A stretch of DNA of 64,000 bases, from contig OZ286476.1 in the NCBI GenBank assembly GCA_965644265.1, positions 18,848,001-18,912,000 of the forward strand, given 5' to 3'. The notes under the pieces were generated by a model, which searched no databases, was not told the origin of the DNA, and was given only the letters and a program-made list of their open reading frames with translations. A program made the position numbers and the translations under genes. The first letter of the stretch is position 1, and every line of letters starts with the position of its first letter. The DNA comes from Glycera tridactyla. Lineage: Eukaryota. Positions 34,246-49,016 of this stretch are shown piece after piece.

Positions 34246-37200
34246 CATCTATCTATCGTCCGTCCNNNNNNNNNNNNNNNNNNNNNNNNNNNNNNNNNNN
34301 NNNNNNNNNNNNNNNNNNNNNNNNNNNNNNNNNNNNNNNNNNNNNNNNNNNNNNNNNNNNNNNNNNNNNNNNNNNNNNNNNNNNNNNNNNNNNNNNNNNN
34401 NNNNNNNNNNNNNNNNNNNNNNNNCACATCCTTTCATCTATCTATCCATACATCTATCTATTTATCTATCGGTCCATCACTCTACACACAGAAACATAAA
34501 CACACTAACATGCACCAGGCAGAGACTCTTCAACACCGAATATTTTCAGGTGAAGCTTCTATATGTATGCCACACCTAAGCCTTTGCCTGCCAGGGTGTC
34601 GACATCATGCCTGGAGGTGTATATTGGTGGATTATAGAGGTACGTTGATGGAATTAGATGCTTTCGACGAGGAATCCTGTGCTGTTATCCATGAAGCATG
34701 ACCGCCTTCAGGGCTAATTTGACATGTGTTACGCAGACCTAGCACTAAGCCATGCCAGGCACAAGAATCAGGTGAAAAATTATGGTGAGACTACTACCAG
34801 CCAGCCAGCAACTTGCTGCGTGATTGAGCCAAGTCTGGTATGCACACCAGTCACTTCACACTTTGCACCGAACCACACTGCTTATCATGTACCATGAGTA
34901 AAATCCTGCTCCAATGAGTATTATGTGTCAATGAATTTATGAGTATCTGCAATAGGGCTGAACAAGGCTATTGTTATATCGTTATACATGAATTGAATCA
35001 AGTTCGCCACATTGAATTATATGGATGATGATGCCTATCAGAGAATATAGATGACTGACAAAGCCTGATACATGCTCTCCAACCACTACTGGCATTGGGG
35101 AAGTTCAACGAGTGACTTGATATAAATGGGGTGATATATACTGAATCTGATATTCTAGATACGAATGATAACCTGACACTAACACTTGGGTCCAACTTTC
35201 TCTGACGATACTATCGCGGTCAACATATCATATATTCATGACGTCTTCACATAACAGCATTTATGTGTTATGCTATTCAGGGCATATACATATGGTATGA
35301 GGCACTTATTTCCCAATGGTTTCAAACACTACTGTCACTCCACTCATGGGATGCACGTCCACCTAGGATATCAATCTCCCATATGTACTTTGCATAGGAA
35401 AGGACCAAACAGATTATACAAGCTCTTTGCATGATGAATCATAGTGGATAACCAATATGGATGAATCCCATCGCANNNNNNNNNNNNNNNNNNNNNNNNN
35501 NNNNNNNNNNNNNNNNNNNNNNNNNNNNNNNNNNNNNNNNNNNNNNNNNNNNNNNNNNNNNNNNNNNNNNNNNNNNNNNNNNNNNNNNNNNNNNNNNNNN
35601 NNNNNNNNNNNNNNNNNNNNNNNNNNNNNNNNNNNNNNNNNNNNNNNNNNNNNNNNNNNNNNNNNNNNNNNNNNNNNNNNNNNNNNNNNNNNNNNNNNNN
35701 NNNNNNNNNNNNNNNNNNNNNNNNNNNNNNNNNNNNNNNNNNNNNNNNNNNNNNNNNNNNNNNNNNNNNNNNNNNNNNNNNNNNNNNNNNNNNNNNNNNN
35801 NNNNNNNNNNNNNNNNNNNNNNNNNNNNNNNNNNNNNNNNNTTTCTAGCTATCTGGCTATCTAGCTATCTAGCTATCTAGCTATCTATTCTTCTGCTACT
35901 TCTTCCGTCTGTCTGTCTGTCTGTTTGTCTATCTATCTATCCATCAATCTGGTGTTAGACAGATGCAACGCGAAATCAATCCAGGCATGGTTGGCGGGAT
36001 GTTGTCTGACACCAATTCTCATCACACATCAAAGGTATCTCCCTATTGAAATCGCTTCCCATTGAAATTACTCACCGCATTCAACTAACATTTCTGCCTC
36101 CTACATACCCATGTTTGGAGTACAGGCGTTCATGGGACAGGCGAGGACATAAAACAGATGAACATATGTGCAGGACATGATGGATGGAAAGCGGTATGAA
36201 ATACATTTATGCCAATTTCAGTGAAATTAGATCCCGAAGTAAGTCATTAGCATGATCACAATGTCATCTACATGCCATTATACAATTGTTTCTGTAAACG
36301 AAGGAATTTCCCTGAAAGCAAACCATGGAAAATGGATGTGAACTGCAAATAGAGAAGTGTGGGATAAAATAAAAACAACGTGGTTAGAGGGGAACTACAA
36401 CAAATTCGGTTAATGGGCGAATTGGACGGTAACAACATTCCATGAGCGTAATGAGCTGCTAACATTGGCAGACCTTATGGTAACTACCGATAATGTCAGT
36501 ATCGTACGTATTCTCTACTAGTGACCCCATGGTGATTAATGCAGCATGACCAATGAGAGGTCAATTGAGAGATAAAGAGAGAGACAGAAAGACAGAGAGT
36601 GACTCTGAGAAAAGGAAAAGAAGGTGAGCAGAAGGTGAGGTACAGCGAGTGAGGCAAAGATTGAGACAGACAGGCAGACACCTGTCTATCCATCCCTTTG
36701 TCCATCTTTCCATNNNNNNNNNNNNNNNNNNNNNNNNNNNNNNNNNNNNNNNNNNNNNNNNNNNNNNNNNNNNNNNNNNNNNNNNNNNNNNNNNNNNNNN
36801 NNNNNNNNNNNNNNNNNNNNNNNNNNNNNNNNNNNNNNNNNNNNNNNNNNNNNNNNNNNNNNNNNNNNNNNNNNNNNNNNNNNNNNNNNNNNNNNNNNNN
36901 NNNNNNNNNNNNNNNNNNNNNNNNNNNNNNNNNNNNNNNNNNNNNNNNNNNNNNNNNNNNNNNNNNNNNNNNNNNNNNNNNNNNNNNNNNNNNNNNNNNN
37001 NNNNNNNNNNNNNNNNNNNNNNNNNNNNNNNNNNNNNNNNNNNNNNNNNNNNNNNNNNNNNNNNNNNNNNNNNNNNNNNNNNNNNNNNNNNNNNNNNNNN
37101 NNNNNNNNNNNNNNNNNNNNNNNNNNNNNNNNNNNNNNNNNNNNNNNNNNNNNNNNNNNNNNNNNNNNNNNNNNNNNNNNNNNNNNNNNNNNNNNNNNNN

Positions 37201-39784
37201 NNNNNNNNNNNNNNNNNNNNNNNNNNNNNNNNNNNNNNNNNNNNNNNNNNNNNNNNNNNNNNNNNNNNNNNNNNNNNNNNNNNNNNNNNNNNNNNNNNNN
37301 NNNNNNNNNNNNNNNNNNNNNNNNNNNNNNNNNNNNNCGTCAAACTAGATGTCTGTCAACCATTTTCTTGCTCTGGTTTCTCACTTCATCTGAATGCGAG
37401 CGAAGTATCGGTATCTGAAGGGTCAGCACTAGTCTCTGATGTAATAGTCATTACCCGCCGGAAAACTGATCAGCTGATCATGTGCCTCGTGTCAGGTGAA
37501 ATTATATTCAGCCTCCCCTCCCTCTCCCCTGTCCTCATCCCCGATATGAAGTAATACATCAGATTGCCGAGTTTGCGGTACATTCTAACATCTTAGTCTT
37601 TGCTAAGTTCGCACATTTCTTACATTAATACCCGGAAAGAGCACGATGAGCTGGTCCCTACTCTCGGTTATATCTAGGTCAGGGGATTTGTTTGCATACC
37701 GTTATACTAGCGGTTCTCTCTGAAGTGTCTTAAAGTTTTCAAGTGACATTTGTGGTGTATGCACCAGCCGTTGAACAAATGAGTGCGCGAGAAGTTGGAT
37801 CTTACCGCTACCAGGTGTACCCTGGACCGGAGGTCGATGGCTTGTTTTCACAAGAGGCAGGCGAGTTTAAAACCACATGGAAGCTTTCAGAAAGCCATAG
37901 CAATCGGGAGCGCTCGCACCATGGCGGTGTAAAATGTGTTGATTCAAATGGTGATGATTGAAAATGATGTTCAACAAGACCAGTGCAATCGACATTGCTT
38001 GTAGAATACAGCATTTGAGATAGCGATTCCTGTAGCAATCATGAGAAATGTATAGTTATAATTCCATTGCAATTGGGAGTACCTGTGTTATTTCTGCAAA
38101 AGCCATGGCATTTGAGAGGACCTCTGTTGAAAAACCATGGCAAGTCGAACGCTCATATCATTTGTACGGAAACTCTGACATTGAGAATACTTATCTTTGT
38201 CATTTCAGATAATGCCATAGCAACGTGAGCACCTCTATAATTTTTTTGAAAAATCGTGATGTGAGATCATATATGCCGATAAACACCAACCAAGCAATCA
38301 GTCTAGGGAAAGCATGTTCCCTTTGATGCTCTCGTCTATTCTTTTCTGTCTATCACAATTGAAGCTGCAAGCCAATAAAAAGGCACTGAGTGACTGCGAG
38401 ATATACATGGTTTTCTTTTTTTCACAATGTCATGGCTATTCCGAATAAGGAAGGAAAGATGAATGAATGGCTTGCAGAGAAGCAAACCAAGAATCGTGAT
38501 TGATTAGTTGCAGGGTCGATGCGAGTGATACATCGACAGAAAGCACGTGTGGTGTAACAAAGTGGAAGTAAGAATATGTACAAAATCACCATTATCGATC
38601 AAATTTCAAATTCAGATCACTTGAGTCTCTGAGAGAGCGGATGTAAAGTCAATTTTCGATGCTCGAATCTCGCATGTTTTGTATTCTAGGAAGCACACAG
38701 AGCACTCACAGATGCTCTTCTTCAAGGCTACAAGGGCATGATTTATTCGCTGAGAGCAGCACTTTACAAGTTGTAGTCTACTTTAATCAGTTTTTATCAT
38801 CGCACGTAGAAGCATATTCCATCTTCCATGTCTTCAATGCCGTTATCATCCACACTCAAAGTATACGTTTTTATCACAAAAATGTGATATTTTCAGTGAA
38901 GAATCAGGTGTGAAGTATCGCATGTGATACTTTACAGGTGGATGAGAACAATTTTTTGGCGATTTCTCCCTCAATCCATGTGAAGAAGCAAGACTGTTAC
39001 CGTGAGGTAAGTGCACAATACCAAACTTGTTGTGAATTTCTCCAGATGTCACTCGGTCGATTCACACCTTGTCCGGTATTGCATTTTTACTTCACCGCCA
39101 TAGTCTTGCTATATGATTGGTTCAAGTGATGGTCGAGCAGTGATAGATTGAGATAATGACACACGATGCAGCTTTGGCTTATAGGAATATATTCTCTTCA
39201 TATTCATATTCTTTCTGTGTAGGCAATTCATATTTTGACTCTGAAGAGTTTTAGGAATTGAGAAACTTACTGAGTACTATGCATTCATGAAAACTCAGAT
39301 CTATCAGGAATGGATCATTTCAGATCGAGTATATTTTTTTTATACTATCTGCTCGAAGTCAAGATATAAAGACGGGCAGGTGTTGACTTCAAATGTACAA
39401 TCTCTATTCACCTCTTAAATCGATGATCCGGTTGGTTCTTCCACAATTTCACCATAGCGTTGGCACTAACATTTGAGAGCCATTTTGCCAGTCCAGTGGA
39501 TTAAGGGGTTGTACCGAAAGTGATCTTCACTGTTGAACTTGGTAGTCTCAAAGGACAGGTAAATGTAATAATTAGGGGGATACACTACTGGCTACACTGG
39601 GATTGNNNNNNNNNNNNNNNNNNNNNNNNNNNNNNNNNNNNNNNNNNNNNNNNNNNNNNNNNNNNNNNNNNNNNNNNNNNNNNNNNNNNNNNNNNNNNNN
39701 NNNNNNNNNNNNNNNNNNNNNNNNNNNNNNNNNNNNNNNNNNNNNNNNNNNNNNNNNNNNNNNNNNNNNNNNNNNNNNNNNNNC

Positions 39785-40075
39785 TAAAGTCTGTTTGTTC
39801 GTCTGTCTTTTCGTCCGTCGGTCCGTCGGTCCGTCTGTTCGTTTGCCTGTCTGTTCATCCGTCCGTCCGTGTGTACGTCCATGATTCCATCCGTCTGTCT
39901 GTCCATCCATCCACCCATTCATCCATCCATCCTACCATCCATTCATCCATTCATCCGCCATCCATATATCTATCAAATTGATCCGTTTTCCATCCGTCCA
40001 TCTGTCCGTCCATCCATACATTATTTTGTTTTATCCATTCGTCCATCAATCCATCCATTCATCCATTCACCAGCA
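39785..40075. repeat. (TCCG/TCTG/TCCA)n low-complexity tract
   Basis: Directly visible, next to an N-run. Confidence 0.9.
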
Positions 40076-40149
40076 TGTCTGTGCATCCATCCACTGGCCT
40101 ATCTGTTCAATGGCAACAGGCAACAATTATCAAATGAATTGGCCACATC

Positions 40150-40400
40150 TCACAGGCAAGCCGGAGTGATTCATTTTGGACAAGACCTGCCACGCATCAG
40201 GTTATGTACTCATAAAATATTTCATGAGATCATTCATACCATATACTTCGATGATTGCCATGATCGTTGAGGTAATATGATCGAAAGATCGATAGCATCA
40301 ATTATGAGGCAGGTTGCTGTCAATCAAGTTCAAACCCGACAGGCCTGTATTCCACTCCATCTCCAGTGTTAAGCAACGCCTCGACATGAACAACCTTGGC
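40150..40400 (-). pseudogene. Possible TIR remnant in the block unique to unit 2
   Basis: LIIDAIDLS...QSSK and HNLMRGRS resemble NIIDAI..S and LM..RTY motifs; weak. Confidence 0.22.
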
Positions 40401-41189
40401 GAGCTCTGGTGACGTATTTGGTCACTCAAAAGTTGATCTGCTTGAAACATGTCAATTTCACGCTGTTTCTTATGTGAGGACCGTGGTCACATCCCCATGG
40501 TTCAACGAAGCATATACGACCGATACTGTCGGCTGATTTGGCGTATGGCTGTAATGAAATAAAGAAACACCTCCTCCTCTTAAGACCTTCAAGAGTTGAT
40601 TTGATGATGAATGCACCAAAAACACATCTCTTTTTATACGATCATTTGATATTCAATTGGAAAGCATAAGGATATTCTCAAAACAGTCCAAGTACAAACT
40701 GAATGACTAGAGTAATATGTGTGCCACTATCAATTGATACTGTGAACTTCTCCTAACACAGAAAGAACATCTATGCCAGAACATAAGACATGTATTCTCC
40801 AATGAGCCAAGTTTCGAATTTGAAGTCTTGGGTGACATGGTGAAATCTGTATAACTAAAGCTGAATTCGATACCAACGTGGATTCAATCTTCCCACCTTT
40901 CATACTATCACTTTCCACATGCTAAATGAACCAGCATTCGTCTCAGCATTATTCAGCCCCATCATGGTATCGAGTATACTGGAAAGAAAAGCAATATAAT
41001 GCCGTAAATATTCACGAATCACTTTACACTAGTATCTAAAGTTACATTTCGAGAAATCACATAATATTGGGATTTATAGATACTTCTTCTGCCACAACGT
41101 TTTCATACCTATATTTCCTCTCACAAGGAAATCTCCAATCATATCTCGTCTCTCTGAACTGAATTTTCTATGCTGGTTTATTGTCTTGG

Positions 41190-41278
41190 TCATGCATGAA
41201 ATAATGTTTTCATGACACTAGTTCTGTACCTTGAATGAAAATAAAACTTATTCAATCTCAATCTCAATCTCAAATTCA
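41190..41278 (+). mobile_element. Possible 3' tail of a non-LTR retroelement
   Basis: aataaaacttatt followed by (caatct)3. Confidence 0.3.
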
Positions 41279-42924
41279 TCATATAGTCTCGCACGACTGA
41301 ATTAATTTCTCATCTGCAGACAAGGACGTTGACAAAGATTTTTCTCAACGATGATATCTTAATTCTGTATTTGACTATTGAAATATCCGAATCCTAGAAA
41401 AATCATATGGGTAATTCCAAAAGATGCGATATCCATGAGCATTTATTCCATTATGAAAGTTTCATGATAGAACTGTCTCCCTCATCAGGAACTTGCATGG
41501 AGATCACCTCACCCTCTACCTCAGAGGTTAGGCCATATGGGTCTCTATGCAGAATGTGTGAGACAAAAACCAGTGTTATATGTGGAAGGAACAAAGATCA
41601 CGTTGGGCCGTACCACTGTCCAGTTCGCTTCTGGCTATAGTCTGCTCTTGCTGTTGGACATACACGTTAGCCTATTTGTCTTCTTGTGCATTGCAGGTGT
41701 GAATACTGCCAATCTTGATTATACTCGTTGGCTCTTCTTCGCTGCATGCTCTATGAAGAGGACGATCTCTGAATCCCTTGTATATCATCATCTAAGAACT
41801 GGTGACTGAATACGAGTCACTGATTCTACTTTTTATTTCCGTTCGTAGTAGAGCCCATATATTTCGATTTTTGATTTTAATACTATATTTTTTTTCGTCA
41901 ATTGCAATTACTCGTTATATATGTGTACCTCTTTAGGATGACGAAAAATACAATGACATATATTCACTACAATATCGATTGGCGAGAGACGACATATACA
42001 TAAGCACAGTAAGATACACACAATGCGATGATGACAGTGGAGAAGGAGGATATTTACATGATGACCACGCGGTGATTCTATGATGTGAGATGAAGATGAG
42101 AAAATTAACCCTAAACGTATATCCGAGGTGTGACATTTATGCTCCAAATACAAAAGTCTTGATTCCCTTAGACACTTCTCATATGATGATACCTCTAAGT
42201 CGGCTGAATCAGGATATTTATTTATCTATGAATATCTCGTCTTTGAGCCTCTATGCCTGAAGTTTTTCTCAATCATCCTCAGGTGGTGTCATATTATGTA
42301 GGTATGATATTTTTCTAAGGGAGTTGGTGAATGAGGAGATTAACGTTCCGTGCAAGTTGATTGTACTGATAAATCGCAGGTCAGATAACAGAGACGAAAG
42401 AATGTAGCTTTCACTCTAATTGTCTGGTCTGTACCACCAAACATTCTTCGGTAGTTGAATTAGCCGAGTTTGATCCCATGTCTGGTTGCACATGGAATGA
42501 AACGAGTATCTAGGAACGCTTGGGCGTATGTGAATGCGAGTGTGAACTACACATTCCTTGTAACCAGATCATGCTGAAAGGAACCAACATACTTTTAAAA
42601 AACGAGACAGTCTTGGTTGCAGTCGTTTCAATGGCGACACAGGCACTGGAATAGGATTCTAACTGTATAGAGAACTTTTCGTTTGTCGGCTAGCCAAGAA
42701 CAGAACCTTTGACAACTGTGTGTCCGCATCTCTGTACATAGTACCGTCGATTCGTCTTCATCTTTGACCATTGTTTTCTCGGGAATATTTTCCTGAGTGT
42801 GGTCGTGCCCCATCTAGACCAAAGGCCCAGGTTAACCCAGGCAGCACTGGGTCGACCTGGGCTGATGTTGAACATGATGTGATTCAACACAATCATCTAT
42901 ATAAACTTATAATAGTAGTTGTCG

Positions 42925-43140
42925 TCCTCTTCCTTCTCCTCCTTTGCCTTCTTCTCCTTCTCCCCCTCCTCGTTCTCCTTCTCCTTCTATATCTCCTTCT
43001 TTTTCGTCTCCTTCTTCAGCTTCCCCTCTGCCTCCTCCTTCTTCTCTTCCTCCTTCTTCTCCTCTCTTCCTCATTTCTCACTTCGACCCCCCCTCTCGTT
43101 TATTTCTTCTACTGCCCGCTCTTCCTCATCCTTCTTCTCC
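42925..43140. repeat. Pyrimidine-rich (CTT/CTC) low-complexity tract
   Basis: Directly visible; generates several spurious ORFs. Confidence 0.92.
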
Positions 43141-43164
43141 ACTTCCGAACCATTCAGTGACACG

Positions 43165-43590
43165 AATGGTGAGAGTTGGATGCAGACACTCCGGTTCTTA
43201 GCTGGGAAGCATTGTTCACAACGGTGAGAAGGGCTACTTCTCCAATGGGTGACCGACATGAACGAGATTCACCATTCCATACTGGACCTGCATCACTACA
43301 CAGATCTGTATGATCTGCGACACTCACTGAGGGGGCACTTCTGTGTGGGGGTAACCGAGTGGAATCCACCACTTCACTTCACCCAGGTGTGAATTGGTAC
43401 ATGGCATATAGGCAGTGATGGTGATGGTAGAGTACTCAGCTCTTGTAGTTGATTCTTTTTCTGTGGTCATATACTGCTCAGGGAGATAAGCATTGCTCAA
43501 GGTTCAGCAGGCCTGCCAAGGAATGTATTTGTAAAGTCGGGTGAATTTGCTGAGGATACCAGACTGTTGACCACTACATTTACATTTCTA
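43165..43590 (-). repeat. Conserved element Z, copy 4 (full length)
   Basis: Paralog of copy 1, with the 3' extension also seen in copies 2 and 3. Confidence 0.85.
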
Positions 43591-43689
43591 ACAGATGTGA
43601 TAGGTAATCTGGCGAATGGCTGATAAAATTATCTAAACACAGTTTATGACAAAGGAAAGAAAATGTATATCTTTGATAGATGGAAGTCA

Positions 43690-44700
43690 TTGATCAATAC
43701 ATCATCCCAAGCAAGCCATCGGCTGATATCATTAACAATATTTTGTTTCAGTTAATCAGGGGACACATTAGCTGATTCTTCATCAGTATAATGGGATTTG
43801 TGCACTTTGTTCTGATGTTATGGATGACCTATGGATCACAGAAAGTGGAAGTCACCTCACTGCAAGTGCCACATTTTGGCAAAATATAGCAAGATATTCT
43901 TGTTGAAATATATTCTGTTCTTCTCTTCACAGCATGCCTTCACAAGAGTCTTAAGATATGTCTGTGGTGTATAGAGCTGCATCTGAATTGCCAGCTACTT
44001 TCACCCTCTCTGGTCTCGCAATCTTGTTTTCAGGATTTGTGGGAATGGTTGCCTGTCGGGTGAATGGCAACTTGTATACATAGGACAGAAACCCATGTCA
44101 TCAGGGCATGCATGTGGAAGATCCAATCACCAAGGAAACTCGTGACACTATTCGCTGGAAATGATTCACAGGGTTGTTTGAAAAAGCTGGCACAACTTTC
44201 AATATTTTTATTTCACTAAAATGACGCTCCATACGTCGGATGATGACAGCTGCACTTGTGATGTATACCCATGCGCCACAAGCATCATTGCATAACAAGA
44301 TTCTGTCTACATTAAACACAAGAGCACATATACAGAAAAAGTAGCAGTTGTGTAACACCGATTAATATAACCAAGTGATTTGGGCGATCATAATCAATCG
44401 AATCATGTGAAATTGTAAGAAACTTTGTCTTCAAACAAATGCAACGATTGGCTACAAAATTGTAACCGTCTTCAGTACATCGTTTTTGAAGATTGGTTCA
44501 TAACAGCAACTGGTTGATTATGAGATATGATGACAATTCAGAGTGATTTTATCGAAGAAATGTTCGAGAAGCAGACTGCCTTCTAATGTGTATGGTATGA
44601 TTCCAAGTTCGATTTTCTTAATATGAAGAAAGGTTTTTACGTCCTCTTTGAATTACTTGACAGGTCGAATCAAAATGTTCGAGTTCAATAGTACATTTGT
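43690..44700 (-). pseudogene. Duplicate of the 2545-3445 LRR/TIR remnant
   Basis: Colinear paralog in unit 2. Confidence 0.42.
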
Positions 44701-47700
44701 TCCAGATTGTGGCAGCTCTAAATGTGAACTCCGGCCTAACAATCACGTGAATGGAAGTGGATCTTCATGTGCGATGACAACCTGACTAAATCAACTGTCA
44801 CTGGTATGATTATCATAGCCACGCTCGGTTCGACCACTGACACCAATCCAAACACCACTACCACCACAACCAAGATCACCAGTGGCAACAATCCCTTTCA
44901 AAGGCTTCAAAAAGGCCTCGAACGTTTTATTTCAATACGAGATGAATCACACAACATTCGAGGTGGAATATATATGCCCCTGCTGGATGTTGGTAAATTA
45001 AATCGGTGGAAACAACACCACAATCATCACACTGCCAGAACCAACACCTCTACCTCCACTATCACCACCAGGATGGCCACCATCACCATTGCCAAAGCAT
45101 TCAACACCACCATAGCCAACTTGGACTAAACCATCATGTAGCATCGGACGTGCATTAAATGTCAATCAACCAGGACAATTCCCAAGACAGTCATCAGAGG
45201 GACGATGAATATTCATCTAATGAAAAATTGAATGACAAAACGACCTTGGCAGGTTCAACACTTCCTTTTCACATGCATATTCAACAGAACTTGAGTGCTC
45301 TTAAATGATCCAAACATACAATAGACACTCCGAAAAGCAGGCAGCAAAAACAAAGTGATAAAAACCTCTGTGTATCTCTCAGAGCTTTTTAAGCTTGCTT
45401 ATGTCTTTGCAGTGTTGAAACACAAACCTTTCATTGCATGGAGTGTCTCTGAGTGCCTCTATCACTATTTCCTCTCACATCTAGGAGCTTCTGAGTAGCA
45501 ATTTCATATAGCCGTCAAAAGCGCCCATCTCCCAATCTTGCCATAGACACTTTCATTGATTCATAGATAATATGCTTTTTGCATCATTGGGCCCCATAAC
45601 AGCCATTAAATTCAGCTTTCGACGACGTCTCAACCACCGTTTGTGTTCAACACTTCCAATGTCATCCACTGTATACACTTTTTGGCACAGTTTCTACAAG
45701 GATTACATTTTGACCCTCTTTCCTAACCACGGCAGGAATCAGCCATTGCATTCAGTCTCGATGGGAATCCATGACGCTCCATAGGGCTTCATGATAATTC
45801 ATTCAAAAATGTGATGAAGAATGCATTTCCATTTTCACATTCGAATAAATAAGCATACATTGTTTTGAAAAATCCATACATCAGAGAGTTGCTCACGACA
45901 GTGTTAATCGAAACTTGTATGGCGACAACCCAACCGTGGCATATGGGTTGGCATAACATGAAGGCATGACACTTGACACACAGGGGCTTGGCAATTCAAC
46001 GAACATCTCTGAATCTATCAAATCAACACAGATACAAACGTACAGTGTGGATAACTAGATATTTGAAAAACGTTAAGTACCTAAAGCTCTTAAAGTACTT
46101 CAGAAGACTGCCCCTATAGTATATAGGTGCCGAGGCTCAGATGTAATTGCGATTTGACTGAATATGAATTCAAGTATAAGTTGAAATATGGATAAATAAG
46201 GTTCCAGTATAGACTGCACATATTTTTTGATGTAGCTTGGCACGCTGGCTGGTCACATAAAAGAAAAAGCTATACCAGAGTTAGCTTCTACATTTCGCCG
46301 CACCTGTACTAAACATCATGTCTGGCTGAAAAGATGTTAGACCAGACTCAATCAATCAAGCACCTGAATATTCAGATGCGTCCCACAGTAGCAAACCCGT
46401 AACAGGAATGACCGCACACGTGTCTGTGAATCTCTTACATTTTCTTCTTCTGTGAGAGACCCAGACCATAGAAGGGAGGAGTTTCGAATGATCCCAACCA
46501 TGCCCATTGCATGGGCGTCACAATTCAGCACAGATGGAGCTGACCTGACGTTATACCCCCAACAAAACAAACAGTTAACCTACTATCGCAATCAGAATTT
46601 CTTGCAGTTTGTTTTCACCTTGTCATCATCACTATCGTGATAGACATATCAGTGTCCATAATTATATTGGCTTTTCAGTGATTTTGTCATCACACATATT
46701 TTCGAGCACCCAAATTTTCATTGCTTATCATACCTCAGCCTTCCAGTGCCAGCATCATGATAAGAATCTCACTGCACATGAATTACCCTTAGACCATTCA
46801 GTCCGTTTGCCTATGTTGCAATCACGATTAGCCATCCATTTCCAAATCCTTGGCTCTACAAATTCCTATATGAAATAATTATGCAATTGACCAGATTGGT
46901 CTTGTACGGTAAACAAGCGAAGTGGACAAGATCTTCGCTTGTACGAGGGAATGAGCGACAGATAGCAGTGGGTAGGATAAGATGTGGAAGAAGTATATTT
47001 ATTTATCCCGGGGAGGGTAGATACATGGATGAATGCTTGGTTGAATGGGTGAATAGACGGATATATTGATGGATGGATGGGTGGTTAGATGGATGGATGG
47101 ATGAGTCGGTTGGTGAATGGGTGGTTCTTTGGTTGTGTGGTTAGGCATCTGGGTGGATAGATGGATGGATGGATGGATGGAATGAGAGATAGATACATCT
47201 CTCATTAGACGCAACCTGAATGTTGGTTCATTTTACGTGATTCATATATATGGCATTGCATAATTGCGAGATTGCATCATGCCTCTCAGGTGCCACACTA
47301 TATATCATATGGTGGTGATCATTGACAGATATAGAGTGTTGATGTGACTCAGTATGTGCATTTTCTACAGTCCTTCTGTGTTAAGTACCGTCGGTATCGG
47401 AAACATATTGCTTGGGGGATTTCTATATATTAGTAAATCAGTATATAGTCACCGTCATAGCAAAGCAGAACACGTGAGTATCCAGGGAATACAAATATAT
47501 CAGGATTTTAACATTGACGGAGCCATGGCAAATTAAACTGGCATGTGTACAATGCAGAGGATTGAAGAGCTAATTTCCAGATATANNNNNNNNNNNNNNN
47601 NNNNNNNNNNNNNNNNNNNNNNNNNNNNNNNNNNNNNNNNNNNNNNNNNNNNNNNNNNNNNNNNNNNNNNNNNNNNNNNNNNNNNNNNNNNNNNNNNNNN

Positions 47701-48024
47701 NNNNNNNNNNNNNNNNNNNNNNNNNNNNNNNNNNNNNNNNNNNNNNNNNNNNNNNNNNNNNNNNNNNNNNNNNNNNNNNNNNNNNNNNNNNNNNNNNNNN
47801 NNNNNNNNNNNNNNNNNNNNNNNNNNNNNNNNNNNNNNNNNNNNNNNNNNNNNNNNNNNNNNNNNNNNNNNNNNNNNNNNNNNNNNNNNNNNNNNNNNNN
47901 NNNNNNNNNNNNNNNNNNNNNNNNNNNNNNNNNNNNNNATTTGGTTAGATGGACCAAGACACTCTCAGAGCTTCACTTTTTTCCTATGTATTTCATAGCA
48001 TTTGACAAAAAAAGAATGTGCGGC

Positions 48025-49016
48025 TTCTATACCGCTTATCCTACTGGCTTATACGATCATAATCTGTTTGCTTACGTCATCATCTTTTGGTACTGTATCA
48101 CCAGTGGGTGATCACGTCATCAATCTCGTGATTGAGCAGTTCAGCTCTGACAGATATTGACATGCTCATCTGAAATCAATCCATTATCATCGACCTGATT
48201 TACCGTTAATACCATCAGCGAACAACCAAGTCATAACTTCAACAGAATACTATATTTATGTCTTACCAGTAGAGTCTGTGTGAAATCATCCAAAATCATC
48301 ACGACTTCCAATGCCAGTAAAGCAAGGAAATACAGTACTCTGATATGACATTTTCGAAATGAGTGCAGTCTACCTGTATGTGACTCTCCTGTGAAGATGC
48401 CAGTAATTTCGACGACAACGACGATGACGATGGTGATGATGATGATGATCATCATCAACATGATGATCATGATGATCATGTTGATCCTGATCTTCATCAT
48501 GATGATCATGATGATCACGATTCTATACCGCTTCTATACCGCTTATCCTACTGGCTTTTACGATCATAATCTGTTTGCTTACGTCATCATCTTCTAGTAC
48601 TGTATCACCAGTAAGATGATTACGTCATCAATCTCGTGATTGAGCAGTTCAGCTCTGACAGATATTGACATGTTCATCTGAAAGCAATCCATTATCATCA
48701 ACCTGATTCTCGTTAATACCATCAGCGAACAACCAAGTCATAACTTTGAGGGAATACTATATTTATGTCTTACCAGTAGAGTCTGTGTGGAATCATCCAA
48801 AATCATCACGACTTCCAATGCCAGTAATGCAAGAAAATACAGTACTCTGATATGACATTTTCGAAATGAGTGTAGCCTACCTGTATGTGACTCTCCTGTG
48901 GAGATGCCAGTAATTTCGATGACAACGACGATGACGATGATGATGATCATCGTCATCTACTCATGATGATCATGTTGATCCTGATCTTTATCATGATGAT
49001 CATGATGATCACGATT
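48025..49016 (+). repeat. ~500-bp local tandem duplication present only in unit 2
   Basis: 48025-48522 and 48521-49016 both match the single copy at ~6503-7000; an 11-nt ttctataccgc stutter lies at the junction. Confidence 0.92.

Larger units (their letters stand above)
32838..35222 (+). repeat. Segmental duplication unit 2, left part (paralog of 1-2110)
   Basis: Same colinear matches, with many indels. Confidence 0.88.

Noticed and set aside
42771-43227. Three overlapping ORFs (Leu-, Ser/Phe- and Pro-rich)
   Set aside because: Products of a pyrimidine-rich simple repeat.
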